From positions 1,231,150 through 1,295,149 of the forward strand of contig NW_003314317.1 of NCBI RefSeq assembly GCF_000143415.4: a stretch of DNA of 64,000 nt, written 5' to 3'. This DNA comes from Selaginella moellendorffii (lineage: Eukaryota > Plantae > Lycopodiophyta). Below, piece by piece: positions 11,082-22,500 of this stretch. The notes beneath the pieces are model-generated. The model made no database searches. It saw nothing but the letters and a program-made list of their open reading frames with translations, and was not told where the DNA came from. The position numbers and the translations under genes were made by a program. The first letter of the stretch is position 1. The number at the start of each line of letters is the position of its first letter.

Positions 11082-12090
11082 AGCTAAAGTCGGGAAGAGT
11101 AAACCTAAGATTATAAAGTAGAACGTGTGGTTTGCCTAAATGTTAGCTTCTTACCTTTAACATATAATAGTAAAGAAATTTGTACCAATTTAGGGCTTGT
11201 ACTATCCAAACCCCAAAAACAATGGAAGGCTCAACTAGAGCAAGAAGACTAAAATATATTCCTTTTGATTTGGGTGCATAAAATTTTCACTACAAGACAA
11301 AGGGTTTTGATTTGATTTTGAGATATTTGTTTGAGAAGGAGGCGACATGGAGGGTTAAAGTGGAAAAAGTGTTTTTGGAATCCTTAAGCTAGTGGTGTGA
11401 GTGCATAAGCTTGGATTTTGATAAGGATTGGAGAGATTTTAGTGGCTCATGGTTGGTTGTGGAAACACTTGAAAGAGCTCTACAAGATGCTATTGTGATC
11501 CTAGCACAAAGAAAATGTTATTTTAATTATGTAAGTCATGTTAAGTGTTATGCTAAAATGCTGTATATATTACCAGTATAATTTGGAAATTTTTAGCTGA
11601 ATATTATCAGCTATAATCTTACATTTATTGTTTAATCAAAGATAATGTTAAAAAAAACATGCAATATCAAGATTATCTTTGTGGATATTATTAAGACCAC
11701 CCATACTATAGTCTCATTTCCTAAAGACTAGGTTATCCATCAATCAGGCCTTCAAACCCTAACTCAGTGGCAGTGTTTGTGAGCACAACCATGGATAGAA
11801 AGGGACTTAATAGGGATCAAAGAAAAGTGTTCCCCATGTCTCCAAACATTTTAAGGATGCTAAGGTGTGGTCATGGGATGAACACTCATGGCATTACGTC
11901 CCATTGATATTTGGGACTTTCTTGACACGTGACTATAACTTTGGTCATTACACAAGAGGATTGCTCTTTTTCTTTTCTATAGTCTAAGACTTTAGAATAA
12001 CATTTCAAAACACCATAGCCTAACCTAAGCTTTGTGGGTATTCTCCTCACCTTCTACCTCTAGGTGCCTAACCATGTGGCTAAAGCAAGG

Positions 12091-12285
12091 TGTAAGCAAC
12101 CAAAGGGAACGACTCGAGAGACGATCTGTTGGGGTTCAAATATAGAGGGAAAGGGCCCATGAACAAGAGTGCACCCCCTTTTCCAAATGGTTAAGGGTCT
12201 TGGGATACTTGGGGTTAAGCGTCCTTGGGTTTGAATAGTACTGGGCTGGGTGACCTCCCGGGAAGTCCAAATTCAGGAGCTTACA
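12091..12285 (+). mobile_element. Cassandra-type TRIM solo LTR carrying a 5S rRNA internal-promoter segment
   Basis: Termini TGTAAGC...GCTTACA and TSD CAAGG (12086-12090, 12286-12290). Bases 12214-12268 (GTTAAGCGTCCTTGGG...TAGTACTGGGCTGGGTGACCTCCCGGGAAGTCC) match plant 5S rRNA boxes A, IE and C. Confidence 0.88.
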
Positions 12286-13425
12286 CAAGGTTCCAATAAG
12301 CTATGCTAGATATCTAAGTAGGTAGTGTAACCCATATTTAGATTGGGAGCATCAACTATTTGATCTCCTGAAGGAGTTAGAGTTGGCTCTTGAACACTTT
12401 ACTAGATTACCCCACATTTTGTCCATATTTACTCTAGCCTTAAACTCCTTAGTAGTTATATCATCAATGTCGCGAATGTGACTTCAGATATCGAAAGTTA
12501 CTTGTCGACTAGTCCTTACGGACACTGTTACCTTACTGCCACGATGGTAGGAGCTCGGTATTGCTGGGCCCGTTATCAGTCTCCATCTAAGCTAGTTGAG
12601 AAACTGGTCTTCGCGTGTGCACTTGACCAGATGGGCATAAGGACGGAATTCCTACGTGCTATTTGTCAAGCATACTTGACCTGGTTAGAGAAACTCATTC
12701 GTTGACTTGCACTTGCTAGTGTTGGGAACCCCCGCGATATTGAGATTGGTCCCTCAATATCACTAGATGATAGCTTACCGTGTTTGCCAAACACCCTCGC
12801 TATCATGCCCTTTGTGTTGGTCTCATTTCGGTCCTAAATGCTATTTATGGAAATTTATGGAAAGTGTCCAGATTTGCTCATTTGGCATATCTACAGAATG
12901 TAGAGATCGTCCTGAACACAATGGTGTTCGTCCCATGTTCAAATTCGCAATCTAAGGACATTCCATATTTAGTAAGTTTCGAACTTGTCCCAAAGACTAA
13001 CTCTTGATACTAAGGGAGGCTTGGGGTGAAAGCCCAAAGCGTGTGTTCCTCAAGGAGGGGGCGAGGGGGGGCTATGGGGGGTTCCAAATGTATAGTAAGG
13101 ATAGTGGGTAGGTCAGGCATGGCCGACCAACTTAAGGCATAGTCTAGCTCCCGCTTGCATGCCTGTCCTTGTTCTGCGTCCGGTTTGGGTCTAAGTGTGA
13201 GACACAAAATCCCTAGGCCCCAAAGTGGAGCCGGAAGGGCGCCACATGGTAGTGGCCGAAGCGAGAGCCAAACGAGCGTAACACGTTTGGACCCAAAGCT
13301 CCGACTTGAAAAGTCAAGAGCGGGAGTGGAACTCCCAACGAAGTGCTCAAGGAACGAGCACGAAGCGAGCAAAAGGCGAGGCTCCAAAAAGGGACCCAAA
13401 AGGGCCAACACATAACACGTGGGAG

Positions 13426-13890
13426 TGTCCGAGATGGACTCGAGTTGGAGTCCGAAGTGGAGTCCGAGATGGACCCGAGTTGGAGTCCGAAGTGGAGTCT
13501 GAGATGGACCCGAGTTGGAGTCCGAAGTGGAGTCCAAGATGGACCCGAGATGGAGTCCGAGATGGAGTCCGAGATGGAGTCCGAGGTGGACCCGAGATGG
13601 ACCCGAAATGGAGTCCGAGATGGAGTCCGAGATGGACCCGAGATGGAGTCCGAGATGGAGTCCGAGATGGACCCGAGATGGACCCGAGATGGAGTCCGAG
13701 ATGGAGTCCGAGATGGAGTCTGAAGTCGAGACCGAGACCGGGACCGAGACCGAGACCGAGATCGGGACCGAGACCGAGATCGAGGCCAAGGCCGAGACCG
13801 AGCCCGAGCCCGAGCCCGAGCCCGAGTCCGAGTCCGAGTCCGAGTCCGAGTCCGAGTCCGAGTCCGAGTCCGAGTCCGAGTCTGGAGCCT
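13426..13890 (+). repeat. Compound minisatellite within the 5' LTR of B
   Basis: ~35-bp units grade into GAGATGGAGTCC/GAGATGGACCC, then into GAGACC, GAGCCC and GAGTCC hexamer runs. Confidence 0.95.
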
Positions 13891-16800
13891 GAGAGGGTGA
13901 AAGCCCAAAGCGTTCGTCTCCCAGACCCTGGGGGGTTTGGTGAGCTCCAAAAGTATAGTGGGGGGAGGACTGCAGTGGAGCCAGTTTGGCCAGGAAAGGC
14001 CAGTTTGGCCCAGGAAAGGCCAGTTTGGCCCAGGAAGGCCGGACCCAGTGTTGGGTGATGAGCTGCCCACTGGGAAGTCCAAGACTAGAGTGAACACAGA
14101 CCTGGTGAAGTGTTCAAGAGCCGGCTCTAGTTCCCCCGGGAGATCGACTGGCCGATGCTCCCAGTCCAAGTGTGGGTGGCACTACCTACTTGGATACCTG
14201 GTGTGGCTCAACGGAACCTGCTCTAAGCCCATGGCTAGAGCACCCAAGGGCAGAAGGCGAGGAGAGTACCCAGGTGGCTCGCGTAAGGCCACGGTGTTCC
14301 GAAATGTTGTCCCAAAGGCCCAGACTGTGGAAAGGAAGAGGAGCAGTCCTTTGGGGTAGTGACCAAGGACACAGTCGTGTGGTGAGGAAGTCCCAGAGGA
14401 CCGTGGGACTTAGTGGTCGGGCCTATGGGTCTCGATCCAGTGGCAGTGTTGGCAAACACGGCCAAGGGCAGAAAGGGACTTAGTGGGGACTGACAGAGGG
14501 ATATTGGGGAAGGCTATTCCCCTTGTCGGTGGGCATCCTAAGGATGCTAAGGAGTGGATCTGAGATGACCACTCACGGATGGTTTGCCTAGTCTTGGAGA
14601 GCCAAGACGGTGATGCAAGTGGTATTGGACTACCAGTGTGGCAAAGGTGATTGGGCATGGCCTTAGCGTAACGGGCTGCTATGTCGGTGGTACCTTTGAG
14701 TGTCGGTCATGGGATCGGACACGTGGAGCACTTGGACCAAGTGCAAATGTTGAGTGGCATGGATGGCATTCTCGGGGCTAGCAAGTCCCAAGTCCTGGAT
14801 TGGACTTATGGAGGTTGTGAATAAGACTCCTTCAAGTGGTCAGAGGTGTGGTTAAGTGACTAAAGTAGAATGGAAAATTTAGTCGCTTACAACTTGGTAT
14901 CGGAGCTGTTCCTTAGTCCGACTTTTATTGGTGCTCAAGTATATCACCACTAGTGTTGGCATCGGAAGGTCCGAGGAGTGGGCCTATCCTTGAGGAGTAG
15001 CAAGTCGGGAAGACATGGCTCTCCATTACAGTTCATGTGTGAACTTGTAGACGAGGTGGTGGATAGAAAAGGGCCAATAATGGAACGACTTTGGGATCTT
15101 GGGAACAGTATATGGTTTTCCTCAAAGAGTTGAGGATGTGATCCAGATGAGCGTTTGACTTAGCAAACTGGCTAATGTAGTTGTGGTAAACAACTACAGT
15201 TGGGATCACGGGAAAGATAAAGACTCCAAAGCAATAAAGGAGTCACAAGATTTTCCTCATATAGTTGAGGTTGGTGCTCATGAATGTGAGACCAGAAGTA
15301 ATGACCGTGGGAGGTCAAATACGGAAGAGGACTCAAGTCCTTGAAAAGGTAGCCGGGGCTACCTCTAATAAATGCTGGAACAACCCCAGGAGTTGGGGGT
15401 GTATTAAGTGGATGAGTTGGTGTTCTCATCACATGGACAAGTAGTCCTAAGGGGCAAAGGTTGCCCCCAGAGAACAAAATCAAGTGTCGGAGTAACACTT
15501 GTGAAAATAGTCCTTTTGAGTAGGACAGGAATGCAAGAAGTGTATTCCAGTGAGCTAGTGCCTCACAAGTAGGACCTTACGGGTCTGTGGATTAACTAAG
15601 TCCAAAACTGCTGGATGACTCAAGCAAAGTCAACGGATGGTCCTAAAAGGACTGATGGAAGCATTTGGACTGAGGTGTGTTGTACCCCACAAAGGATGGG
15701 GGGGGGATCATAGGATCCAAGGATGAGAACAAAGGGTATCTCATCGATGGCAAAATGTGCCATGCTAAAGTTATGGGAAAGGTGTTCCCAGAAGAAAACA
15801 ACTTTGACATAAAGTTGTGTGTGACCTCTATGGTGCAGTGCTAACGGATGGTTGGCATGAGAAAGAGCGGTGTTGGTCTTGGCAAAGACTTAGACACGAA
15901 GGGGAAATGTCATAGAGGTAGGCTCGTGGAGCCGATGGTGTGGAGACACCAAATGTGCCAAGGTGTGATACCTTGAGGCTATGTTGGTGGGTTCATGAGA
16001 ACCCCTTGCCAAAGGAATCCCAATGGAAATGGGAATAGCATAGCCTAAGCTGCAGAGCATGCAGTTAGAGTGTGGTGACCCAGATAATGATGGAGGTGTG
16101 AAAGCACCAAGCAATGAGTTGTAGGACTTAACAACTATGAGGCAACTAAGCAAGAGGTGCAAAATAAGTGGTTAAACGGGTAGAAGGTAGTTACCCAAGA
16201 CTTCTTAATAGCATAGGGAAGTTGGATATACCCTTACGGGGGATAAGTTGCTTGTGTTGCGATATAGTAAGTCAATGTCATAAAAGGAAATACTCATTGT
16301 CAAGAAAGCCATCGTTGGGACACCCGAACACTCTAGAACACCAAAGGGTGGTGTTTGATGTCGCGAGGGCAATGGATAAAGCCCAAGGGACTAAGTCCCT
16401 AGCGAATGATGGATAGAAGGTGCTATCCAAATGTCCAAGGTTGCGGAGACAAGAGAGGACTGTCTACCCGAGTTGGACAAAGCCAAAAATGGAATTTTGG
16501 CAAGGCTAGTGATGGGCATGTAAAGGCCCATAAGCAACAATGTAATCCCAGTGTGTGGGATTATAAGGTGAGCATACCCGGATTGAGGAACCATTCCCTA
16601 GGCTATTGGGTAGGTTCATCCCTAAGAATACTTGCTAAAGCATGATAGAAAGTGCAAAGCTATCCTCCTGGTCTGGAGGAGAATGACCAAAGGAAAGGTG
16701 TGAAGCCAAAAAGCAAGAAGTAAGGGGATAAAACCGAACCGTAGGAATCAAAGGGCATAACCAAGGTTAGTTATGCCAGCTGGGAGTGGAGAATCAAGTG

Positions 16801-18617
16801 GGGGCTCGAGGGTGTTGCCGCTAGCAACCGTGATGCCATGGAGAGTCTAAAATATGGAATTGTCCATGTTAGACTATGTGGCATTTGGAAGGCTTGCAAA
16901 AAGGGAGGCCTTAGCAAGCTGAGGGACAGAGTTCCTTCAAGGTTCCCAAAGACGATTCTAGGTAGCTTAGTACCTAGAAAGGCCAAGTGTAAATGGTTCA
17001 TGGAACGCGCGAAATCAGAGTGGCGCAGCAGAAGCGTGGTCTTGAAGCTTGCCATGAGGCAAGGCTATCAAAGTTAGGGAAGTAGTTCCCGAGTGTTCAA
17101 GGAGAGGGCTTTGAATGAAAGTCGATGGTCAAGGACTTTCACGCTTATGCAGGAACCATGTTACAGTGGTCGGAGGACTCGCCAAGCGAGATTGGCACGT
17201 CGGGGGAACAAATACCCTAGTTGAAGGTGATAACTTCAAAAAGGGTGGGCCATGGGGCCGAGCATGGAGGAGTCCATGCATGATCACAGACATGTCAAGT
17301 GAGAGGACTTGGCAGTGTGGAGGAACTAGGTTCCTAAACTGTGATCTGTAGCGCGCTTTAAAAATAAGTTGGTGCACCGGCGTGGGGAGTCACGCCAGGC
17401 ATCTTGTGTGATGCCGTCCGTAGATGCATATACGAAGGTTGGGTTCGAGTCCCGACCCTCTAGTGCTTGGGTTCGAGTCCCAAATCACTAGGGCGTGGTG
17501 ATGGTTTGGAATATGAGGACACTCATATTTCGGTGGTCATGGACTCTCAGTGGGGAGACTGGTTTGGGCCAAGTGTGGGGGATGCCCCCGGGGTTATAGT
17601 CAACAACTTGGAGGTCTAGAAGACCAAGTACCTCTTGGCAACTCTGTTAAGGTGCCAAGGTGAGATCACTAGGTGATCTTATGGCCAGATAAGGACAAGG
17701 TCCTTGGTTGGCTAAGGAATGAAGTTCCTGGTTCAAAATGTTGAAATTGAACTGTTTAAGGTGGTGTGGCTTGGTCGTGATGACCAAGTGGGAAGAGCAC
17801 CTAAGGGAAATAAACTATGTCCGTGCGATGGCATAGTGAGTCCGAGGAAAGTAGTCTTTATAAAAGACCCATGGGAGGGTCACGAAGTTGGGCCGTGGAT
17901 AGAGCCCATAGCAGAAGATGCTAAAGAGACGTACTAGGGGTGAACATCCTCCGGACTTGGCAAAGAAGAGTCTTTGCTATGGAACCGAAACAATACCTCA
18001 AGGAGGGAGGTAGAGATTCGATGTTGCTTGGTGGAACAATCAACGGATAGGAGCAAAAGATGAGTGGCCAAGATAGGGCCGTGGAATCCCTTGGAAGGAA
18101 TCCAAGTGACAAAGTTAGGCGAGGAACACTAATGTGTTGGACGCTAACAAGTTGCGGGAAAGGAAGTGTGTTTCCAAGGAGGGATTCCGAAATGCTCCGA
18201 TTTGGCGAAAGTGGAAGCTCCAAGGGAGGGAGCGGTAAGGTAGCCAAATGATAGGGCCATGAACAGCCCTAGCACAAAGTATGATAACTGGAACTTTGGC
18301 ACGAAATAGAAGAGAGGATGATGGTGCCCTCGAGTAGAGAACTTCCTAGGATGGGAAGTGGAGTTGCACAAAAGGTGCAAGGCAAGGTGTCGGAGACACC
18401 TAGGAAATTGACTCCAAGAAGTCAAAATTCAAAGTTCCAAAGTCCAAAGGTTATATCGATGGAAATTGAGACTACTCGAGAAAGAGTAATGGGATTGACT
18501 TAGAGAAGGGTCTCTAAGAGGTTTAGCGAGAACTAAACCAATAAAAGGAGAGAACCACTATATGTGGTCCAATCAGTCTCTAAGTTGGAGAGACTACCCT
18601 CCTTAGAGGATATGCAA

Positions 18618-18750
18618 AAGGCATGGTGAGCCTTCAATGTCCAACCATTGGCGAATATGGAGAAGGCATGGTGAGCCTTCAATGTCCAACCATTGACGAA
18701 TACGGAGAAGGCATGGTGAGCCTTCAATGTCACACCATTGATAAATATTG
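18618..18750 (+). repeat. 45-bp tandem repeat (~3 copies) in the 3' internal region of B
   Basis: Unit AAGGCATGGTGAGCCTTCAATGTCCAACCATTG(G/A)CGAATA(T/C)GGAG. Confidence 0.9.
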
Positions 18751-19082
18751 GCTACGCGCCAAGGATGGAAATGGTAACACATGCGGGTGTTACTTTATAA
18801 AATGGTTCACCGTTCGATGAGGACATCGAACTTCTTCTATGGGTGGTGGAGTTGTGAGACACAAAATCCCTAGGCCCCAAAGTGGAGCCGGAAGGGCGCC
18901 ACATGGTAGTGGCCGAAGCGAGAGCCAAACGAGCGTAACACGTTTGGACCCAAAGCTCCGACTTGAAAAGTCAAGAGCGGGAGTGGAACTCTCAACGAAG
19001 TGCTCAAGGAACGAGCACGAAGCGAGCAAAAGGCGAGGCTCCAAAAAGGGACCCAAAAGGGCCAACACATAACACGTGGGAG

Positions 19083-19398
19083 TGTCCGAGATGGACTAGA
19101 GTTGGAGTCCGAAGTGGAGTCCGAGATGGACCCGAGTTGGAGTCCGAAGTGGAGTCCGAGATGGACCCGAGTTGGAGTCCGAAGTGGAGTCCGAGATGGA
19201 CCCGAGATGGAGTCCGAGATGGAGTCCGAGATGGAGTCCGAGGTGGACCCGAGATGGACCCGAAATGGAGTCCGAGATGGAGTCCGAGATGGACCCGAGA
19301 TGGAGTCCGAGATGGAGTCCGAGATGGACCCGAGATGGACCCGAGATGGAGTCCGAGATGGAGTCCGAGATGGAGTCCGAAGTCAAGACCGAGACCGG

Positions 19399-19430
<32 letters not shown>

Positions 19431-19546
19431 TCGGGACCGAGACCGAGACCGAGGCCGAGGCCGAGACCGAGCCCGAGCCCGAGCCCGAGTCCGAGTCCGA
19501 GTCCGAGTCCGAGTCCGAGTCCGAGTCCGAGTCCGAGTCCGGAGCC
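19083..19546 (+). repeat. Compound minisatellite within the 3' LTR of B
   Basis: Same array as 13426-13890 with different hexamer unit counts. Confidence 0.95.
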
Positions 19547-22500
19547 TGAGAGGGTGAAAGCCCAAAGCGTTCGTCTCCCAGACCCTGGGGGGTTTGGTGA
19601 GCTCCAAAAGTATAGTGGGGGGAGGACTGCAGTGGAGCCAGTTTGGCCAGGAAAGGCCAGTTTGGCCCAGGAAGGCCGGACCCAGTGTTGGGTGATGAGC
19701 TGCCCACTGGGAAGTCCAAGATTAGAGTGAACACAGACCGACAAGCGGGGTAGCTTGGTGAAGTGTTCAAGAGCCGGCTCTAGTTCCCCCGGGAGATCGA
19801 CTGGCCGATGGTCCCAGTCCAAGTGTGGGTGGCACTACCTACTTGGATACCTGGTGTGGCTCAACGGAACCCGCTCTAAGCCCATGGCTAGAGCACCCAA
19901 GGGCAGAAGGCGAGGAGAGTACCCAGGTGGCTCGCGTAAGGCCACGGTGTTCCGAAATGTTGTCCCAAAGGCCCAGACTGTGGAAAGGAAGAGGAGCAGT
20001 CCTTTGGGGTAGTGACCAAGGACACAGTCGTGTGGTGAGGAAGTCCCAGAGGACCGTGGGACTTAGTGGTCGGGCCTATGGGTCTCGATCCAGTGGCAGT
20101 GTTGGCAAACACGGCCAAGGGCAGAAAGGGACTTAGTGGGGACTGACAGAGGGATATTGGGGAAGGCTATTCCCCTTGTCGGTGGGCATCCTAAGGATGC
20201 TAAGGAGTGGATCTGAGATGACCACTCACGGATGGTTTGCCTAGTCTTGGAGAGCCAAGATGGTGATGCAAGTGGTATTGGACTACCAGTGTGGCAAAGG
20301 TGATTGGGCATGGCCTTAGCGTAACGGGCTGCTATGTCGGTGGTACCTTTGAGTGTCGGTCATGGGATTGGACACGTGGAGCACTTGGACCAAGTGCAAA
20401 TGTTGAGTGGCATGGATGCCATTCTCGGGGCTAGCAAGTCCCAAGTCCTGGATTGGACTTATGGAGGTTGTGAATGAGACTCCTCTAAGTGGTCAGAGGT
20501 GTGGTTAAGTGACTAAAGTAGAATGGAAAATTTAGTCGCTTACACTAAGCCCAAGTTCCATTCCATGCTAGTTGGTGGAGTACCCATGTCCTCGCGTTAG
20601 GCCACCGGTATGCCGAAATAGCGCCAAACTCCATTTGGCTTCGTTTTGCATGCTGGTCCTGGCATTGGGATGCTGGTTGCTCCAAGACTGTTCCAAGTCG
20701 CTCCAGGCTCCTGTCCCTTCGCTCTTTGGGCTTTATGCTCAGAAGTTGCTCCGTGGTTCGGTTCCATCACTCCTTGGCTCCATGCTTGGGAGTTTGGCAC
20801 CGTTCTTTCGTTCAATGGCCCAAGGCCCTAAACCTCGGGTTCCTATGGACACGTGGCATCTGTCACATGGCACAAAGAGGGTTTAGGTTCCGCTTCGTGG
20901 TGTTATCCTATGGTAAATCACCATAGGATAAAGGGTCAAAACCACGTGCGCTACATTTGGTATCAAAGGATGAGTATCAGTGAGTACTATTCAATGAGAT
21001 TGGGCAACTAGTCTCGTTGCATACGCAGAGATGAAAACGATGATCCGAGTGGGTACACGTTTGGTGCAAAGGGTTTGCAATTGTTCCTTGGGTATGGATT
21101 TGGTTACCTTGTTGTACCTTATGATCTAAGCTTGCTCTTGGGCTCATAGGATGGATTTGAGATGCTTCGTTAGCACGAGCTTGCGCTTAGGCTCGTGAGT
21201 GAGGCACATTAGCAACTCAAGTGTATACTTTGAGTTGGCAGGATTAATGTTAGCCTATCGGTCATTCCATGGGTTGTTCCAATGGTTCCATGAGTTGTTC
21301 CATGTACCATGGGTAAAAGCAAACCTCCCCTGAGTTTGCTATGAGTGGCAAATAGGCTGGTCCATAGCTGTTTAGCACGGCACTAGTGGGTCCTTCCTAG
21401 GCATGAATACAAGTGGTAGTCTATTGATTCAAGTGTTCATTGCTGTGCTCTCTCATAAACTTTTCTTGGATTGGACTGAAGGCAGTGCGAAAGCAAGCTT
21501 GAGGTTTAGTCAAAGATGAGACCAAAAAGAGAGTCATCGGGGACGAAGGATCAAACACGTAAATCATTTTCTCGTCTTGAAGAAATGATTCGCAACGAGG
21601 TGTTGACTCATTGCTCGTGTTCACATTATGCAATTAAGAATCCCTGTTGGAAATGATGGTCTTACAAATGGTGAGTTGTGGGATGGATAGCGGTGAAGCG
21701 TTATACCATTTTGTCTAGGCTTGCTATTGGAAGACTTGGGTTGCAATGCTCAATTCTTTTTCGAGGAACCTTGCTATTGCTCCTTGAGTAGCTTGGTGTT
21801 GGTTTAGTTTTGAGTTTGGTCAAAAAGAAAGTGGCATGAACTTATCCATGTTGTGAACAAAAGTTAGTGGTGTCGGGTGTTGTAAGTCTCTATCGGTGGA
21901 GTGTGGCATTTATGTTGCATTTTGTCGAATCGAGTTGGCACTTGATAGTCACATAAACCTTTGAAGTAATGACATTGGCATTGCTCGTGATGTTGCTTAA
22001 TTGATGATCAAGTCATTGTGATACTTATATCATATCTATATGATAGTGAGCAATGTGTTTACGACGTTGTTTGGTTAAATGATGATTAACCCCAAAGTGG
22101 TTGATAGTGAAGCTAGTCTACTTGCACGAAATAGCATTGTAGTAGCTTTGACTGGATTCTCATTGGTGGTCCATTATGCTAAGCTTAAGTTGGTTCCTTG
22201 TTTCCTTGAGGGTTTGCCCATAAGGTGTTGGAAAAGGGTTGTAGCATTCACTTGCTATAGCTCATTAGTTGATCCGTTAACACTTGGAGTAGATTGTTGG
22301 ATAGAGAAGGTGTGAGGTTGAGGCATTGACATTACTAACACTTATGTTAGTGGAAGTGGCATTGTTATTTTAAGTGATGAGGAAGTTTCCTTAAAGCTTG
22401 ATTTTCCATGTCATTTTTCTTGTTAGTGTTTTAGCTTCATATTAGATCTTGAAGGTGGTTGAAGAAGAGTGTTAGTGCAATGTGGATATCCGAAGATGTT

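Larger units (their letters stand above)
13196..20544 (+). mobile_element. LTR retrotransposon B nested in the 5' LTR of element A (gypsy-like, decayed internal region)
   Basis: LTRs 13196-14891 and 18853-20544 (TGTGAGAC...GCTTACA) are near-identical. TSD CTAAG (single copy in A's 3' LTR), PBS TGGTATCGGAGC at 14895-14906 (iMet type), purine-rich tract before 18853. Confidence 0.95.

Noticed and set aside
12214-12268. Functional 5S rRNA gene
   Set aside because: Only the internal ~55 bp are present. Both 5S ends are missing and the segment lies inside a TSD-flanked LTR.
13426-13730. CRISPR-like array
   Set aside because: There are no unique spacers and no cas genes, and the context is a eukaryotic LTR.
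14045-14082. 5S box-C-like stretch (TGGGTGA...CTGGGAAGTCC) in the B LTR
   Set aside because: The match is short and gapped with no box A, so it could be chance.
13010-14169. Long ORFs encoding ESESES/RTRTRT/SPSPSP (also at 18963-19822)
   Set aside because: They are stop-free by-products of the LTR minisatellite, open in all frames on both strands.
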